Assembly: GCA_015066705.1 (NCBI GenBank)
Contig: SVNV01000007.1
Span: 7,573 to 71,572, forward strand
DNA length: 64,000 nucleotides
Direction: 5' to 3'
Origin: Ruminococcus sp.
Lineage (GTDB): Bacteria; Bacillota; Clostridia; Oscillospirales; Ruminococcaceae
Below the pieces are notes generated by a model. The model had not been told where the DNA came from. It ran no database searches and was given only the letters and a program-made list of their open reading frames with translations. Below, one piece after another: positions 35,839 to 46,748 of this stretch (position 1 is the stretch's first letter; each line of letters begins with the position of its first letter). The translations under genes were made by a program, and so were the position numbers.

Positions 35839-36360
35839 TTAAACCGTTTTGTCGCTGTAAAGAATTCTTAGTTTGTTTTTTGCACGCAAAAGATGACTTC
35901 TTACGGTGCTGGGGTTAGTGTTTGTCATTTTTGAAATTTCTTCAGATGTAAAACCGCAGACATAACATAAGCTGAACATCTGACGTTCTTTTTCCGAAAG
36001 GGTATCAAGTATTTCGTCGGATTCGATTTTAGTGATGTCAGGAAGCTCACCGTTTTTGTCGATTTCTCCTGAAACATCATCAATACTTTCTGTCTGCTTT
36101 TGATATTCAGAGTATTTTTTGGTTATTTTTCGTGTGAGAATAGTAAAAAGCCAGCTTTTGAAAAGGTCTTCATTTTTCAGCTTTTTGATTGATGCAAAAG
36201 CGTCCAGTACTGCTTCGCTTACAGCATCGCATGCGTCGTCTTCACTTCTCAGCCTTGAGAGCGCGTAGTAATACATTTCTTTGTAATAAAGAGAATATAG
36301 CTTGCCGAATGCCTCCGACGAGCCTTTTCTTGCTTCAAAAATCAGATTTTTAATGTCCAT
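35839..36360 (-). CDS. ECF-type RNA polymerase sigma-70 factor
   Basis: Region 2 (YYYALSRLRSEDDACDAVSEAVLDAF) and region 4 HTH (GFTSEEISKMTNTNPSTVRSHLLRAKNKL). Confidence 0.85.
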   Translation of the reverse strand: MDIKNLIFEARKGSSEAFGKLYSLYYKEMYYYALSRLRSEDDACDAVSEAVLDAFASIKKLKNEDLFKSWLFTILTRKITKKYSEYQKQTESIDDVSGEIDKNGELPDITKIESDEILDTLSEKERQMFSLCYVCGFTSEEISKMTNTNPSTVRSHLLRAKNKLRILYSDKTV

Positions 36361-36567
36361 TCCTCACATCACCGCCTTAAAAATACCCTTTTCATATACT
36401 AAGTGCAAAAAAACCTGCGTATTGTTGCAACTTATTTTTCTTTTTTATCATAATAGCATACTTTTTGAATTTATTCAAAGGTTTTTATATAAAAAAGCAC
36501 TATTGAAATTATTCTTTATATGTGTTATAATTTTTGAGTGTAAAATATTGGCGAAAGGAGTGCCTTC

Positions 36568-38601
36568 GTGTTTTTTTGTAATTTCAAAAAAGTAACGCTT
36601 TTAATGCTGACAGCAGTGTGCTTTGTGTTTGCATGTAGCTGTGAGAAGAAAAGCGTTGAAATTATCAAGTCAAATAAAATTGAAGCCTGTCAGGATACCG
36701 AAGGCGCAAACTTCGTATCACTTGAGTGGAAACCTGTCAAGGACGCTGAAAACTATAAGATTTATGTTTTTGATGAATCAACAAGCAAGTATGAATTCTA
36801 TAAGGAAACCTCTGCCTGCTATGCAGCAGTAGGTGAGCTTTCACCTTCAACAAAATATAAGGTGAAGATTGAGGCTGACGGTAAAAATAAATCCCAGTGT
36901 GTAATAAATGTTGCTACTCAGCCTGATTCTGTGAATACTCCTGAGGTTTTGCAGAGAGGTGTAAATTCGGTAATTCTCCAATGGAATAGTGTAGATGATG
37001 TAGACGGCTATGACATTTTTGTTTATGATGATAAAAAAATGGACTATGTATATCTTGCTTCTACTAATGCGAATGTAGCCGAGGTTTTCGGACTTTCATC
37101 GGCAAAGCTTCATAAGATAGCTGTCTGTCCGTATATTCTTTCAGGGGAATATAAAGCGAGAGGCGACCTTTCATCAGTTGAAGCCTATACAGACTGTGCT
37201 TCACCGACTGATGTGAGCGTTTCTGACAGAACAAGCGAAAGCTATACAATCAAATGGAGCGAAAGCGAAAAGGCAGACGGATATGATGTTTGCGTTTATG
37301 ACCCTGAAACCAAAAGTTATTATGAGTATAAAAATAACCTGACAGAAACTCAGTTTTCTGTGTCAGGACTTAAAAACGGCGATGTTAGAAAATATATGAT
37401 TACACCGTATATGATAATAGGCGGTGAAAAATATAAAAGCTCAGACAGTGCATATGTAAATGCGGCTACACTACTTAAGGCAGTAAAGGTTACATCACAA
37501 GGATTTATAAACGGCTTGAGTGTAAAATGGACAATAAATAAGTATGCCGACGGCTATAATGTTTATTATTCAGATGCAAAAGACGGCGATTATACCTTTG
37601 TAGCCAAGGTTGATAAGACTAAAACCACATATAATATTTCGGGACTTACAAAAGAAGGAAAGTATTTTGTAAAGGTTGTACCTTTCAAAGTCAGCAGTAA
37701 TGTTACCTTTGAGGGCGAAGTGGCAATTTCCTCGGGATATGCTTATAGAAACGACCATAATGAAATTCTTTCTTCCTACAAACAGAGCTCGTCAATTACA
37801 GTGACTAATTCTGATTTTGTTGTGTCAGAAAGCAGAAAAAATCAGATTATGAACCTTATAAATAACTATAAGAGCACAAATAAGAGCTCCTTTGTAATTA
37901 TGGATATACGTTCAGGTGCGATGATTTCTTATAACGCTGACTGGTATGTACCTACTGCAAGTACAGTAAAAGCACCATATATCTGCTATGTCCTTACCGA
38001 AGAAATTGATAAGGGTAATGCTTCTATGGACGATATTCTTGTTTATAAAGAAGAATTCTACGACGCAGACGGAAGCGGAGATATACGTTTCCACGAATTC
38101 GGAAGTAAGTATACCGTTAAGGAAGTTATCGAATATATTCTATATTACAGCGACAACGTCGGATACAGAATGCTTCAGGACCATTTTGGCGTAGAAAACT
38201 ATAATAAGTGGCTTAAATCTCTTGGCTGTAAAACCTTTGTAAACGGAACTTCTACCAAGTGGGGATTTGTTTCAGCAAGAGATTCTGCAAAAATCTGGAC
38301 AGAAATTTACAGATATATGTATACAGGAAAATACGGCGATTTCTTTAAAAAGGAACTGCTTACAACAGGGTATTCACCTATAAGAAAGAATCTTGGACAC
38401 CTTTACGACGTAGCAAATAAATTCGGTGGTGCAACTGTCGGCTGGCACGACACCGGTATCGTATTCAAGGGTGACAATCCATATATTCTTATTCTTCTGA
38501 CAGACGATAGCTTTGAACACGCTGACTATAATTTCCAGAACGGAATGATAAAACAGCTCAATGCACTTCACGATGAGCTTGTAGAATTCAATAATAAATA
38601 A
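36568..38601 (+). CDS. Lipoprotein/secreted protein with FN3-like repeats and a C-terminal class-A beta-lactamase-like serine hydrolase domain
   Basis: Signal peptide with Cys (FACSC). About 4 repeats of an approximately 90-aa W-x-V-x-A-DGY module. C-terminal ASTVKAP (SxxK), YSDN (SDN) and KFGG (KTG-like) motifs. Confidence 0.7.
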   Translation: MFFCNFKKVTLLMLTAVCFVFACSCEKKSVEIIKSNKIEACQDTEGANFVSLEWKPVKDAENYKIYVFDESTSKYEFYKETSACYAAVGELSPSTKYKVKIEADGKNKSQCVINVATQPDSVNTPEVLQRGVNSVILQWNSVDDVDGYDIFVYDDKKMDYVYLASTNANVAEVFGLSSAKLHKIAVCPYILSGEYKARGDLSSVEAYTDCASPTDVSVSDRTSESYTIKWSESEKADGYDVCVYDPETKSYYEYKNNLTETQFSVSGLKNGDVRKYMITPYMIIGGEKYKSSDSAYVNAATLLKAVKVTSQGFINGLSVKWTINKYADGYNVYYSDAKDGDYTFVAKVDKTKTTYNISGLTKEGKYFVKVVPFKVSSNVTFEGEVAISSGYAYRNDHNEILSSYKQSSSITVTNSDFVVSESRKNQIMNLINNYKSTNKSSFVIMDIRSGAMISYNADWYVPTASTVKAPYICYVLTEEIDKGNASMDDILVYKEEFYDADGSGDIRFHEFGSKYTVKEVIEYILYYSDNVGYRMLQDHFGVENYNKWLKSLGCKTFVNGTSTKWGFVSARDSAKIWTEIYRYMYTGKYGDFFKKELLTTGYSPIRKNLGHLYDVANKFGGATVGWHDTGIVFKGDNPYILILLTDDSFEHADYNFQNGMIKQLNALHDELVEFNNK

Positions 38602-38603
38602 TA

Positions 38604-38640
38604 AAAAACTCCTTAATCAGACCGATTAAGGAGTTTGGTT
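38604..38640. terminator. Bidirectional terminator between convergent genes
   Basis: aaactccttaatc-agacc-gattaaggagttt with an A-run on the 5' side and a T-run on the 3' side. Confidence 0.8.
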
Positions 38641-38644
38641 TTTA

Positions 38645-39937
38645 TTAAATAAACTTATCAAGATAGTACTTGATGAAGTCGCTTATGTCTTCCTTGAAAA
38701 CATATCCTAAGGTAATACAGGTAACCATAAATATAATAAATAATGTAAGCTTGATAAGGAACATATTCTTGTTCTGTGCTTTTTTGCGTTCAACATCTTT
38801 AGTATATTCGACGCCGCCTGCACCTGAGAAGGTGTCACGCATCTGTGCGATTCCCTTTGAGGAATAGTTAATTCTCGGATTGAGCATATCAGATATGTCA
38901 ATGTTGGTATTACCATTCTGACCTATGTATGTTTCATAAGGTGAGGCAAGCTTTGATTCGTCGTAAACTCTTTTGTTTACAGATGACATTGTAAGCTCAA
39001 CGTCTTCATCTTTTCCAAGATTACCGCTTCCGAATACCTTTGTTGTGTCAACAGACTTGATTTCCTGATTTCTTGCTCTGTTAGTTTTAATCATCTGATT
39101 GAGAGCATCGGTGTAGATGTTAGTTTCTTCATCAATACCTTCCAGCAGGTCAACAGTGTCTTCTTCATCTGTATCCCGTTTAGCCAATTCACTTTCAACC
39201 AAGCCTGAAACTGAAGCCTCAGGCATAGCAGGAGTTTTCTTACCAATCTTCTTTACAGCCTTTTCAGAAGACTCAACCTGGGACATAAATGCAGAAAAAT
39301 CACCGTCAAAAAGTGCGTTTGAAAGAATTTCAGAAGCTGTCATACAATCAAGTGAACCTCTTACAAGCTCCTTGAGCGGAAGCAGAATTACTTCGCAGAA
39401 GGTGTTATAAAAGCCCTTGATGCTGTCAATGTCGTTTTTGTAAACTTCCTTAGGGAATCTGTGGTCAAACTTTTCTTCCCAGTCCTCAGGGTTGGCACAG
39501 ATAAGCATATCAATATGCTTTGAAATTTTAAACCAGAGATTCTTGTAGTAAATGTTAGGGTCGTTTGTAATGAGCCACATATAACAGCTTAAAAACTTGT
39601 CGTAGCTGTCAATGTTTGAAATCTGAATTGAGATGTCAGCCTGTGAAAGATTAACTGCATAAAGGCTTTCGGAAAAAGCAAAGCAACGGTAAATGTCACC
39701 TGAAAGCTTTGTGTAAGCACTTGCCAGAGAGTCAGCATTTCTCTGGAATGGTGGAAGAGAAGGAAAGTCAAATGGTGACTTGTATGTAGCGATAGTTTCA
39801 TTTTCACACATAGCAATGAGAGTGCCGTAAATCTCATCAATCTTTTCCTGGGACGCGTCAACAGGTATACCTATAATTCTGTAAGGGTTGTATACAAATA
39901 GCTCCATTACGGTAACGCCGAGTTTTTCATTAGCCAA
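38645..39937 (-). CDS. Hypothetical tail-anchored membrane protein with degenerate J-domain-like N-terminus
   Basis: 430-aa ORF. N-terminal NPYRIIGIPVDASQEKIDEIY resembles the start of a J domain, but no HPD tripeptide follows. Single C-terminal TM (LIKLTLFIIFMVTCITLGYVF). Confidence 0.5.
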   Translation of the reverse strand: MANEKLGVTVMELFVYNPYRIIGIPVDASQEKIDEIYGTLIAMCENETIATYKSPFDFPSLPPFQRNADSLASAYTKLSGDIYRCFAFSESLYAVNLSQADISIQISNIDSYDKFLSCYMWLITNDPNIYYKNLWFKISKHIDMLICANPEDWEEKFDHRFPKEVYKNDIDSIKGFYNTFCEVILLPLKELVRGSLDCMTASEILSNALFDGDFSAFMSQVESSEKAVKKIGKKTPAMPEASVSGLVESELAKRDTDEEDTVDLLEGIDEETNIYTDALNQMIKTNRARNQEIKSVDTTKVFGSGNLGKDEDVELTMSSVNKRVYDESKLASPYETYIGQNGNTNIDISDMLNPRINYSSKGIAQMRDTFSGAGGVEYTKDVERKKAQNKNMFLIKLTLFIIFMVTCITLGYVFKEDISDFIKYYLDKFI

Positions 39938-40187
39938 AAAATCATCTCCCTATGAAATTTATATTTGTGAAAGCATACAACTTCCTATATTACATAAATT
40001 ATATCTAAAATTTCAACCAAATTTATCAATAAAAAAAGTCTTAAATATAACAAATCTATTAACAATACTACGGATTTAATGAAAATTCATAAATAATATT
40101 AAAAATTACGATTTAGAAATTGCTTTTTTGGAAAATGTATGCTATACTTAATAAAAGTTTTTGTTTTGTATGTCAGGAGGGTTAAGT

Positions 40188-40880
40188 ATGGCGTTGTTTC
40201 AGAAGGATAAAAAAACAAATGTTTCTAACTTGAGTAAAGAACAGATGGACGATATTTTTAATAAGCCTATTGTTAAAAAGAAAGCCGATGATTCTGAATT
40301 GGAAGCCTCTGATAATACAAAAGGTCCGAGGGGGATAAATCCCAGGACTCTTGAAAAGAGTATGGAAAAGCTTGGTGACGTTATCAAGGAACGTGAACAG
40401 CGTCCACCACTTAAGGATTCTATTGATGGCATTTCTGAAAATAATATGACCAGGGCTGAGATTGAGTTTGAGAATACTGTTGTTCAGATTAAAGAAAAAC
40501 AGAGCAAAATCAGTTACGGCAAAATACAGGAAGCAAGCGTTGATAATATCGACGAAAAGGTAACAGAACTTAATGAAAAGTATGATTACCTTGTACATAA
40601 AAAAGAAAAGGTTGATTATGGGTTTAATACTATAACCAATGAAGAATTCGATTCTGTTGTTTCAAATTACGATATTGAAAAGGCTTCTAAGAAAAGACCG
40701 GTTGTTTCTGAAATTCCTGAGCTGACCGAAGAACAGAAGGCTAAGATTCAGGAATTCTTTGAAAAGAATGTCAGAGCAAAGCCTATGGATTTTGTAAATT
40801 CAATTCCTGAGCTTGAAAAACGTGATTTGGAAAGAATCAAAAAATATCTTGAAGAGTTAAACGCAACGGTAAGTGTTTAA
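40188..40880 (+). CDS. Hypothetical charged (Lys/Glu-rich) protein
   Basis: Track ORF 40161..40880; the ATG at 40188 has an AGGAGG RBS 7 nt upstream. No recognisable domain. Confidence 0.55.
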   Translation: MALFQKDKKTNVSNLSKEQMDDIFNKPIVKKKADDSELEASDNTKGPRGINPRTLEKSMEKLGDVIKEREQRPPLKDSIDGISENNMTRAEIEFENTVVQIKEKQSKISYGKIQEASVDNIDEKVTELNEKYDYLVHKKEKVDYGFNTITNEEFDSVVSNYDIEKASKKRPVVSEIPELTEEQKAKIQEFFEKNVRAKPMDFVNSIPELEKRDLERIKKYLEELNATVSV

Positions 40881-40918
40881 TAGATATAAATTATAAACAT
40901 AAGAAAGGGAGAAATTAA

Positions 40919-41440
40919 ATGAACATCAGCATTGATAACCCAATTATTGCATTTTCGCAGAAGGGAAAGCCTTTTCAGTATGACAGGCTTTTTCTTAAGA
41001 CACTCGTGACTTATATTGAGGAATATAAGAATGTTCCTTACGAAAGACTTACTGATAAGGATAAGAGTATTTCACTTGCAAGAATCATTAAAAAGATGGA
41101 GTGTAACGGAGTTCCGCTGAGAGAATTCTTTGCTAAAGAATTTGAAAAATGGGATACTCTTGAAAATGCAGAAAAAATCAATAAGGTTGTTGACGTTATT
41201 TCCAGGGATATGTTCTGTTGCTTTGACAGAAACCTTGATATGGGCGACGACTTTAAGCGAGTTGACAGAATCTATTGCGTAAATAATGACGGCGAACGTG
41301 ACTATATTATGTATTCTGAAAAGGATAAAAAGACTCTTTTCGGAAAAACAAAGCAGAAGTCAGTGCTTCACGATTATTACGCTGACCTTCTTGACAGATG
41401 CGAAAAGGGACTGCTTCCTAAATCATCACAGGAAATTTAA
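40919..41440 (+). CDS. Hypothetical protein
   Basis: 173-aa ORF with a GGGAGA RBS. No recognisable motif. Confidence 0.55.
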   Translation: MNISIDNPIIAFSQKGKPFQYDRLFLKTLVTYIEEYKNVPYERLTDKDKSISLARIIKKMECNGVPLREFFAKEFEKWDTLENAEKINKVVDVISRDMFCCFDRNLDMGDDFKRVDRIYCVNNDGERDYIMYSEKDKKTLFGKTKQKSVLHDYYADLLDRCEKGLLPKSSQEI

Positions 41441-41457
41441 TTTAAGGAGTTTGAAAT

Positions 41458-41928
41458 ATGATAGTTATTGAAATGGAAAACGGTAAAAAGATTAAGCTTG
41501 AGCTTTATCCTGATGCCGCACCAATCACAGTAAAGAACTTTGAAAAGCTTGTTTCTGAAAAGTTTTATGACGGACTTATCTTCCATAGAGTTATCAAGGG
41601 CTTTATGATTCAGGGCGGTGACCCTGAAGGTACAGGTATGGGTGGCGCTAAGGAAAAGATTAAGGGCGAATTTGCTATAAACGGCGTCAATAACCCGATT
41701 AAGCATACAAGAGGCGTTATTTCAATGGCTCGCTCACAGATGCCAAACTCAGCAAGCAGCCAGTTCTTTATTATGCATAAGGACGCTCCTCACCTCGACG
41801 GACAGTATGCGGCTTTTGGTAAGGTTGTTGAGGGAATTGAGGTCGTTGACGAAATTGCAGGCGTAAAAACCGACTGGAGCGACAGACCTCTCGAAGAACA
41901 GAAAATCAAAACAATTACTATTGAATAA
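41458..41928 (+). CDS. ppiB: Cyclophilin-type peptidyl-prolyl cis-trans isomerase
   Basis: FHRVIKGFMIQGGDP, SMAR and SQFFI motifs. Confidence 0.9.
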   Translation: MIVIEMENGKKIKLELYPDAAPITVKNFEKLVSEKFYDGLIFHRVIKGFMIQGGDPEGTGMGGAKEKIKGEFAINGVNNPIKHTRGVISMARSQMPNSASSQFFIMHKDAPHLDGQYAAFGKVVEGIEVVDEIAGVKTDWSDRPLEEQKIKTITIE

Positions 41929-42047
41929 ATACCCCGAAACCTCTGCGAAATGCAGGGGTTTTGACGTTTTATAGGGCTTTTGTGTAAAATGTGTAATAAA
42001 TAATCGCTAAAAAGCGTAATTTTGGCGATTATTAAGGAAAAAATCTA

Positions 42048-42076
42048 TTGACTTTTAATTTGTAATTTAGTATAAT
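42048..42076 (+). promoter_or_regulatory. str operon promoter
   Basis: TTGACT (42048-42053), 17 nt, TATAAT (42071-42076). Confidence 0.65.
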
Positions 42077-42133
42077 AATTGAGTATGCTGACTAAGTATG
42101 TCATCATAAATTTTAAAGGAAAGGAGATTGATT

Positions 42134-42559
42134 ATGCCAACCTTTAACCAGTTAGTAAGAAAGGGTAGAGATGTACTCGAAGTTAAGTCAACAGCACCAG
42201 CTCTTCAGAAGGGTTATAACTCAAAGAAGAAGGTAGCAATTAACCAGAGCAGTCCTCAGAAGAGAGGCGTTTGTACAGCAGTAAGAACTGCAACACCAAA
42301 GAAGCCTAACTCAGCTATGAGAAAGATTGCCAGAGTAAGACTTACAAACGGTCATGAGGTAACAGCTTATATCCCGGGTATCGGACATAACCTTCAGGAA
42401 CACTCTGTAGTTCTTATCAGAGGCGGAAGAGTTAAGGACCTCCCTGGTGTACGTTACCACATCATCAGAGGTACTCTTGATGCACAGGGCGTTGCAAAAA
42501 GAATGCAGTCACGTTCAAAGTATGGTGCAAAGAGACCAAAGGCAGGAGCTGCTAAGTAA
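42134..42559 (+). CDS. rpsL: 30S ribosomal protein S12
   Basis: [12 protein letters not shown]...PKKPNSA.RK.ARVRL signature. GGAGA RBS. Confidence 0.97.
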   Translation: MPTFNQLVRKGRDVLEVKSTAPALQKGYNSKKKVAINQSSPQKRGVCTAVRTATPKKPNSAMRKIARVRLTNGHEVTAYIPGIGHNLQEHSVVLIRGGRVKDLPGVRYHIIRGTLDAQGVAKRMQSRSKYGAKRPKAGAAK

Positions 42560-42718
42560 TTAAAAGACAGCTCGAAAAATTTTATAGAACTCAACTACCA
42601 CAGTTAAGTGGAGATTATATAGATTTATGTATCTCTCCATTGGACTGACGGGGCTAAGGGACAACCCCTTAGAGCGAGTACCTATGAATTCATTTATATT
42701 GTGAAGGAGGGAATTATA

Positions 42719-43189
42719 GTGCCAAGAAGAGGTAAAATTGCAAAGAGAGACGTTTTGCAGGACCCAATCTACAACTCAAAGCTCGTTACTCGTCTTATCA
42801 ACAACATCATGCTCGATGGTAAGAAGGGTGTAGCTCAGAAGATTGTATACGGTGCATTCGAAATTGTTGAAGAAAAGACCGGTAAGCCAGCACTTGAAGC
42901 ATTCGAAGAAGCTATGGAAAACATTATGCCACAGCTCGAAGTTAAGGCTCGTCGTGTAGGTGGTGCAACATACCAGGTACCGATGGAGGTTAGACCGGAA
43001 AGACGTCAGACACTCGGTCTCAGATGGATTACAAAGTATTCAAGAGAACGTAACGAAGAAACAATGAAGGAAAGACTTGCAGCAGAAATCATGGACGCTC
43101 TCAACGGCGTAGGTGGTTCATGCAAGAAGCGTGACGATACTCACAAGATGGCAGAAGCTAATAAGGCTTTCGCACATTTCAGATGGTAA
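42719..43189 (+). CDS. rpsG: 30S ribosomal protein S7
   Basis: GTG start at 42719, 8 nt after an AAGGAGG RBS, giving [28 protein letters not shown]. The track ORF starts further upstream at 42701. Confidence 0.95.
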   Translation: MPRRGKIAKRDVLQDPIYNSKLVTRLINNIMLDGKKGVAQKIVYGAFEIVEEKTGKPALEAFEEAMENIMPQLEVKARRVGGATYQVPMEVRPERRQTLGLRWITKYSRERNEETMKERLAAEIMDALNGVGGSCKKRDDTHKMAEANKAFAHFRW

Positions 43190-43210
43190 TAGTATAAATA
43201 GGAGGAAAAT

Positions 43211-45295
43211 ATGGCAAGAGATTGTTCATTGCAGGATACCAGAAATATTGGTATCATGGCTCATATTGACGCTGGTAAGACAACGACAACAGAGCGTATC
43301 CTTTTTTATACCGGTGTAAACCACAAAATGGGAGAAACTCACGACGGCGGTGCTACTATGGACTGGATGGCACAGGAGCAGGAAAGAGGTATTACAATTA
43401 CTTCTGCTGCAACTACTGCTTATTGGAAGGGCCATAGACTTAACATCATTGACACACCTGGACACGTAGACTTTACAGTAGAAGTAGAACGTTCACTCAG
43501 AGTTCTCGACGGTTCTGTAACAGTTCTTTGTGCAAAGGGCGGCGTTGAGCCACAGACAGAAACAGTTTGGAGACAGGCTGATAACTACAAGGTTCCTCGT
43601 ATGGTATACGTTAATAAGATGGATATCATGGGTGCGGACTTCTTCAGAGTTCTCGAAATGCTCCATTCAAGACTTAAGACAAATGCTGTTCCAATTCAGC
43701 TCCCAATCGGTGCTGAGGACACATTCAAGGGAATTATCGACCTTCTCGAAATGAAGGCATATGTTTATTACGATGACCTTGGAAAAGACATCAGAGTTGA
43801 AGACATTCCTGAAGACATGATGGAACTCGCTGAACAGTACAGAGGCGAACTCCTCGAACATGTTGCTGAACAGGACGAAGAGCTCATGATGAAGTATCTC
43901 GACGGAGAAGAACTTACAATCGAAGAAATGAAGGCTTGTATCAGAAAGAGCACTATTGAAAATACAATGGTTCCTGTATGCTGCGGTACTTCATATAAGA
44001 ATAAGGGCGTTCAGAAGCTTCTCGACGCTATCATCGATTATATGCCTGCTCCAACAGATATCGAAGATATCAAGGGTATTAACCCTGATACAGATGAAGA
44101 ATGTACAAGACCATCTTCAGATGAAGAACCATTCTCAGCACTTGCATTTAAGATTGCAACTGACCCATTCGTAGGAAAGCTCTGCTACTTCAGAGTTTAC
44201 TCAGGTGTGCTTCAGGCTGGTTCAAATGTATATAACGCAACAAAGGGTAAGTCTGAAAGAATCGGTAGAATCCTTCAGATGCACTCAAACCATAGAAAGG
44301 ATATCGAAATTATCTACGCAGGTGACATCGGTGCTGCTGTTGGTCTTAAGAATACAACAACAGGTGATACACTCTGTGATGAAAAGTATCCTGTTATCCT
44401 TGAATCTATGGAATTCCCTGAGCCTGTTATCCAGCTCGCTATCGAGCCAAAGACAAAGGCAGGTCAGGAAAAGATGGGTATTGCACTTTCAAAGCTTGCA
44501 GAAGAAGACCCAACATTCAAGACATATACTGACGAAGAAACAGGCCAGACAATTATTGCTGGTATGGGTGAGCTTCACCTCGAAATCATCGTAGACAGAC
44601 TTCTCCGTGAATTCAAGGTTGAAGCAAACGTAGGTGCTCCTCAGGTTTCATATAAGGAAGCTATTAAGGGCAACGCTGACGTTGACCATAAGTACGCAAG
44701 ACAGTCAGGTGGTAAGGGTCAGTACGGTCACGTTAAGATTCGTGTTACACCTAATGAATCAGGTAAGGGCTATGAATTCAAGAACTCAGTTGTCGGCGGT
44801 GCTATTCCTAAGGAATACATTCCAGCAGTTGATAAGGGTATTCAGGGCGCTATGAAGTCAGGTATTCTCGCAGGCTACGAAGTAGTAGACGTATGCGTTG
44901 AACTCTATGATGGTTCATACCACGAAGTTGACTCTTCAGAAATGGCATTCCAGATTGCTGGTTCTATGGCATTCAAGGAAGCTATGAGAAGAGCAGACCC
45001 AGTTCTTATGGAACCAATTATGAAGGTTTCTGTTATCGTTCCTGATGACTATACAGGTACAGTAATCGGCGACCTCAGCTCAAGACGTGGACAGATTCAG
45101 GGACAGGAAACAAGAACAGGTGCTGTTCAGGTTGACGCTCTCGTTCCACTTTCAGAAATGTTCGGTTACTCAAACGACCTCCGTTCAAATACACAGGGTA
45201 GAGGTCAGTATTCTATGGAACCACATAGCTATACAGAAGTTCCTAAGAACATCGCTGAAAAGATTATGACTGCAAGAAACAAGAATAACGACTAA
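43211..45295 (+). CDS. fusA: Elongation factor G
   Basis: [28 protein letters not shown] and NKMD motifs. Confidence 0.97.
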   Translation: MARDCSLQDTRNIGIMAHIDAGKTTTTERILFYTGVNHKMGETHDGGATMDWMAQEQERGITITSAATTAYWKGHRLNIIDTPGHVDFTVEVERSLRVLDGSVTVLCAKGGVEPQTETVWRQADNYKVPRMVYVNKMDIMGADFFRVLEMLHSRLKTNAVPIQLPIGAEDTFKGIIDLLEMKAYVYYDDLGKDIRVEDIPEDMMELAEQYRGELLEHVAEQDEELMMKYLDGEELTIEEMKACIRKSTIENTMVPVCCGTSYKNKGVQKLLDAIIDYMPAPTDIEDIKGINPDTDEECTRPSSDEEPFSALAFKIATDPFVGKLCYFRVYSGVLQAGSNVYNATKGKSERIGRILQMHSNHRKDIEIIYAGDIGAAVGLKNTTTGDTLCDEKYPVILESMEFPEPVIQLAIEPKTKAGQEKMGIALSKLAEEDPTFKTYTDEETGQTIIAGMGELHLEIIVDRLLREFKVEANVGAPQVSYKEAIKGNADVDHKYARQSGGKGQYGHVKIRVTPNESGKGYEFKNSVVGGAIPKEYIPAVDKGIQGAMKSGILAGYEVVDVCVELYDGSYHEVDSSEMAFQIAGSMAFKEAMRRADPVLMEPIMKVSVIVPDDYTGTVIGDLSSRRGQIQGQETRTGAVQVDALVPLSEMFGYSNDLRSNTQGRGQYSMEPHSYTEVPKNIAEKIMTARNKNND

Positions 45296-45331
45296 TTTTT
45301 GTAAATTGCAAGAATTTTCTTTAAAAAGCTA

Positions 45332-45360
45332 TTGCAATATCAAATATAATTTGGTATAAT
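45332..45360 (+). promoter_or_regulatory. Internal promoter for tuf
   Basis: TTGCAA (45332-45337), 17 nt, TGgTATAAT (hexamer 45355-45360). Confidence 0.6.
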
Positions 45361-45409
45361 TGAAATGTAATTTTTATATTATAATAAGATTTTAAGGAGG
45401 AATATTCCC

Positions 45410-46609
45410 ATGGCAAAGGCAAAATTTGAAAGAACCAAGCCACACGTTAACATTGGTACAATCGGACACGTAGACCACGGTAAGACAACTCTTACTGCTG
45501 CTATCACAAAGACACTCGCTATGCAGGGTCTTGCAGAAAAGAAGGACTACGCTAACATCGACTCTGCTCCAGAAGAGAGAGAAAGAGGTATTACAATCAA
45601 CACAGCTCACGTTGAGTATGAGACAGTAAACCGTCACTATGCTCACGTTGACTGCCCAGGACACGCTGACTACGTTAAGAACATGATTACAGGTGCTGCT
45701 CAGATGGACGGAGCTATCCTCGTATGTGCTGCTTCAGATGGTCCTATGGCTCAGACAAGAGAACACCTTCTCCTTGCTAGACAGGTAGGCGTTCCAGCTA
45801 TCGTTGTATTCATGAACAAGGCTGACCAGGTTGACGACGAAGAACTTCTCGAACTCGTTGAAATGGACATCAGAGAACTCCTCGACAAGTATGAATTCCC
45901 TGGCGATGATACACCAATCATCAAGGGTTCAGCTCTCGCTGCTATCGAAGCAGGCGACGACCTCTCAGACCCAGCTTACGCTCCAATCCTTGAACTCATG
46001 GAAGCAGTAGACAGCTTTATTCCAACACCTGAAAGAAAGGCTGACCTCCCATTCCTTATGCCAGTTGAAGACGTATTCACAATCACAGGTCGTGGTACAG
46101 TAGCAACAGGTAGAGTAGAAAGAGGACAGCTCAAGCTCAACGATGAAGTTGAAATCATCGGTCTTACAGAAGAAAGAGCTAAGACAGTAGTTACAGGTAT
46201 CGAAATGTTCAGAAAGCTCCTCGATTACGCAGAAGCTGGTGACAACATCGGTGCTCTCCTCAGAGGTGTTCAGAGAAGTGATATCGAAAGAGGTCAGGTT
46301 CTCTGTAAGCCAGGCTCAATCAACCCACACACAAAGTTCTCAGGACAGGTTTACGTTCTTAAGAAGGAAGAAGGCGGACGTCATACTCCATTCTTTAACA
46401 ACTACAGACCACAGTTCTACTTCAGAACAACTGACGTAACTGGTGTTATCACACTTCCTGCTGATAAGGAAATGTGTATGCCTGGTGATAACGTTGCTAT
46501 CGACGTTGAACTCATCACACCTATCGCTATCGAAGAAGGTCTCCGTTTTGCTATCCGTGAAGGTGGTAGAACAGTTGGTTCAGGCGTTGTAACAGGCGTT
46601 AACGCTTAA
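45410..46609 (+). CDS. tuf: Elongation factor Tu
   Basis: [23 protein letters not shown] and NKAD motifs. Confidence 0.98.
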   Translation: MAKAKFERTKPHVNIGTIGHVDHGKTTLTAAITKTLAMQGLAEKKDYANIDSAPEERERGITINTAHVEYETVNRHYAHVDCPGHADYVKNMITGAAQMDGAILVCAASDGPMAQTREHLLLARQVGVPAIVVFMNKADQVDDEELLELVEMDIRELLDKYEFPGDDTPIIKGSALAAIEAGDDLSDPAYAPILELMEAVDSFIPTPERKADLPFLMPVEDVFTITGRGTVATGRVERGQLKLNDEVEIIGLTEERAKTVVTGIEMFRKLLDYAEAGDNIGALLRGVQRSDIERGQVLCKPGSINPHTKFSGQVYVLKKEEGGRHTPFFNNYRPQFYFRTTDVTGVITLPADKEMCMPGDNVAIDVELITPIAIEEGLRFAIREGGRTVGSGVVTGVNA

Positions 46610-46632
46610 TTTATAAGCTACCAAGTAAATTT

Positions 46633-46662
46633 AAAGCCCTGCAGTTTCTGCAGGGCTTTTTT
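46633..46662 (+). terminator. Rho-independent terminator after tuf
   Basis: aaagccctgcag-tttc-ctgcagggcttt followed by TTT. Confidence 0.9.
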
Positions 46663-46748
46663 GCGTTCATAGATTGTTAATGCTAACTTTTGAGAATGTA
46701 AAAAAAATAGATCGCCTGTTATGATAAAATTAACATAGATGCGAGGAG

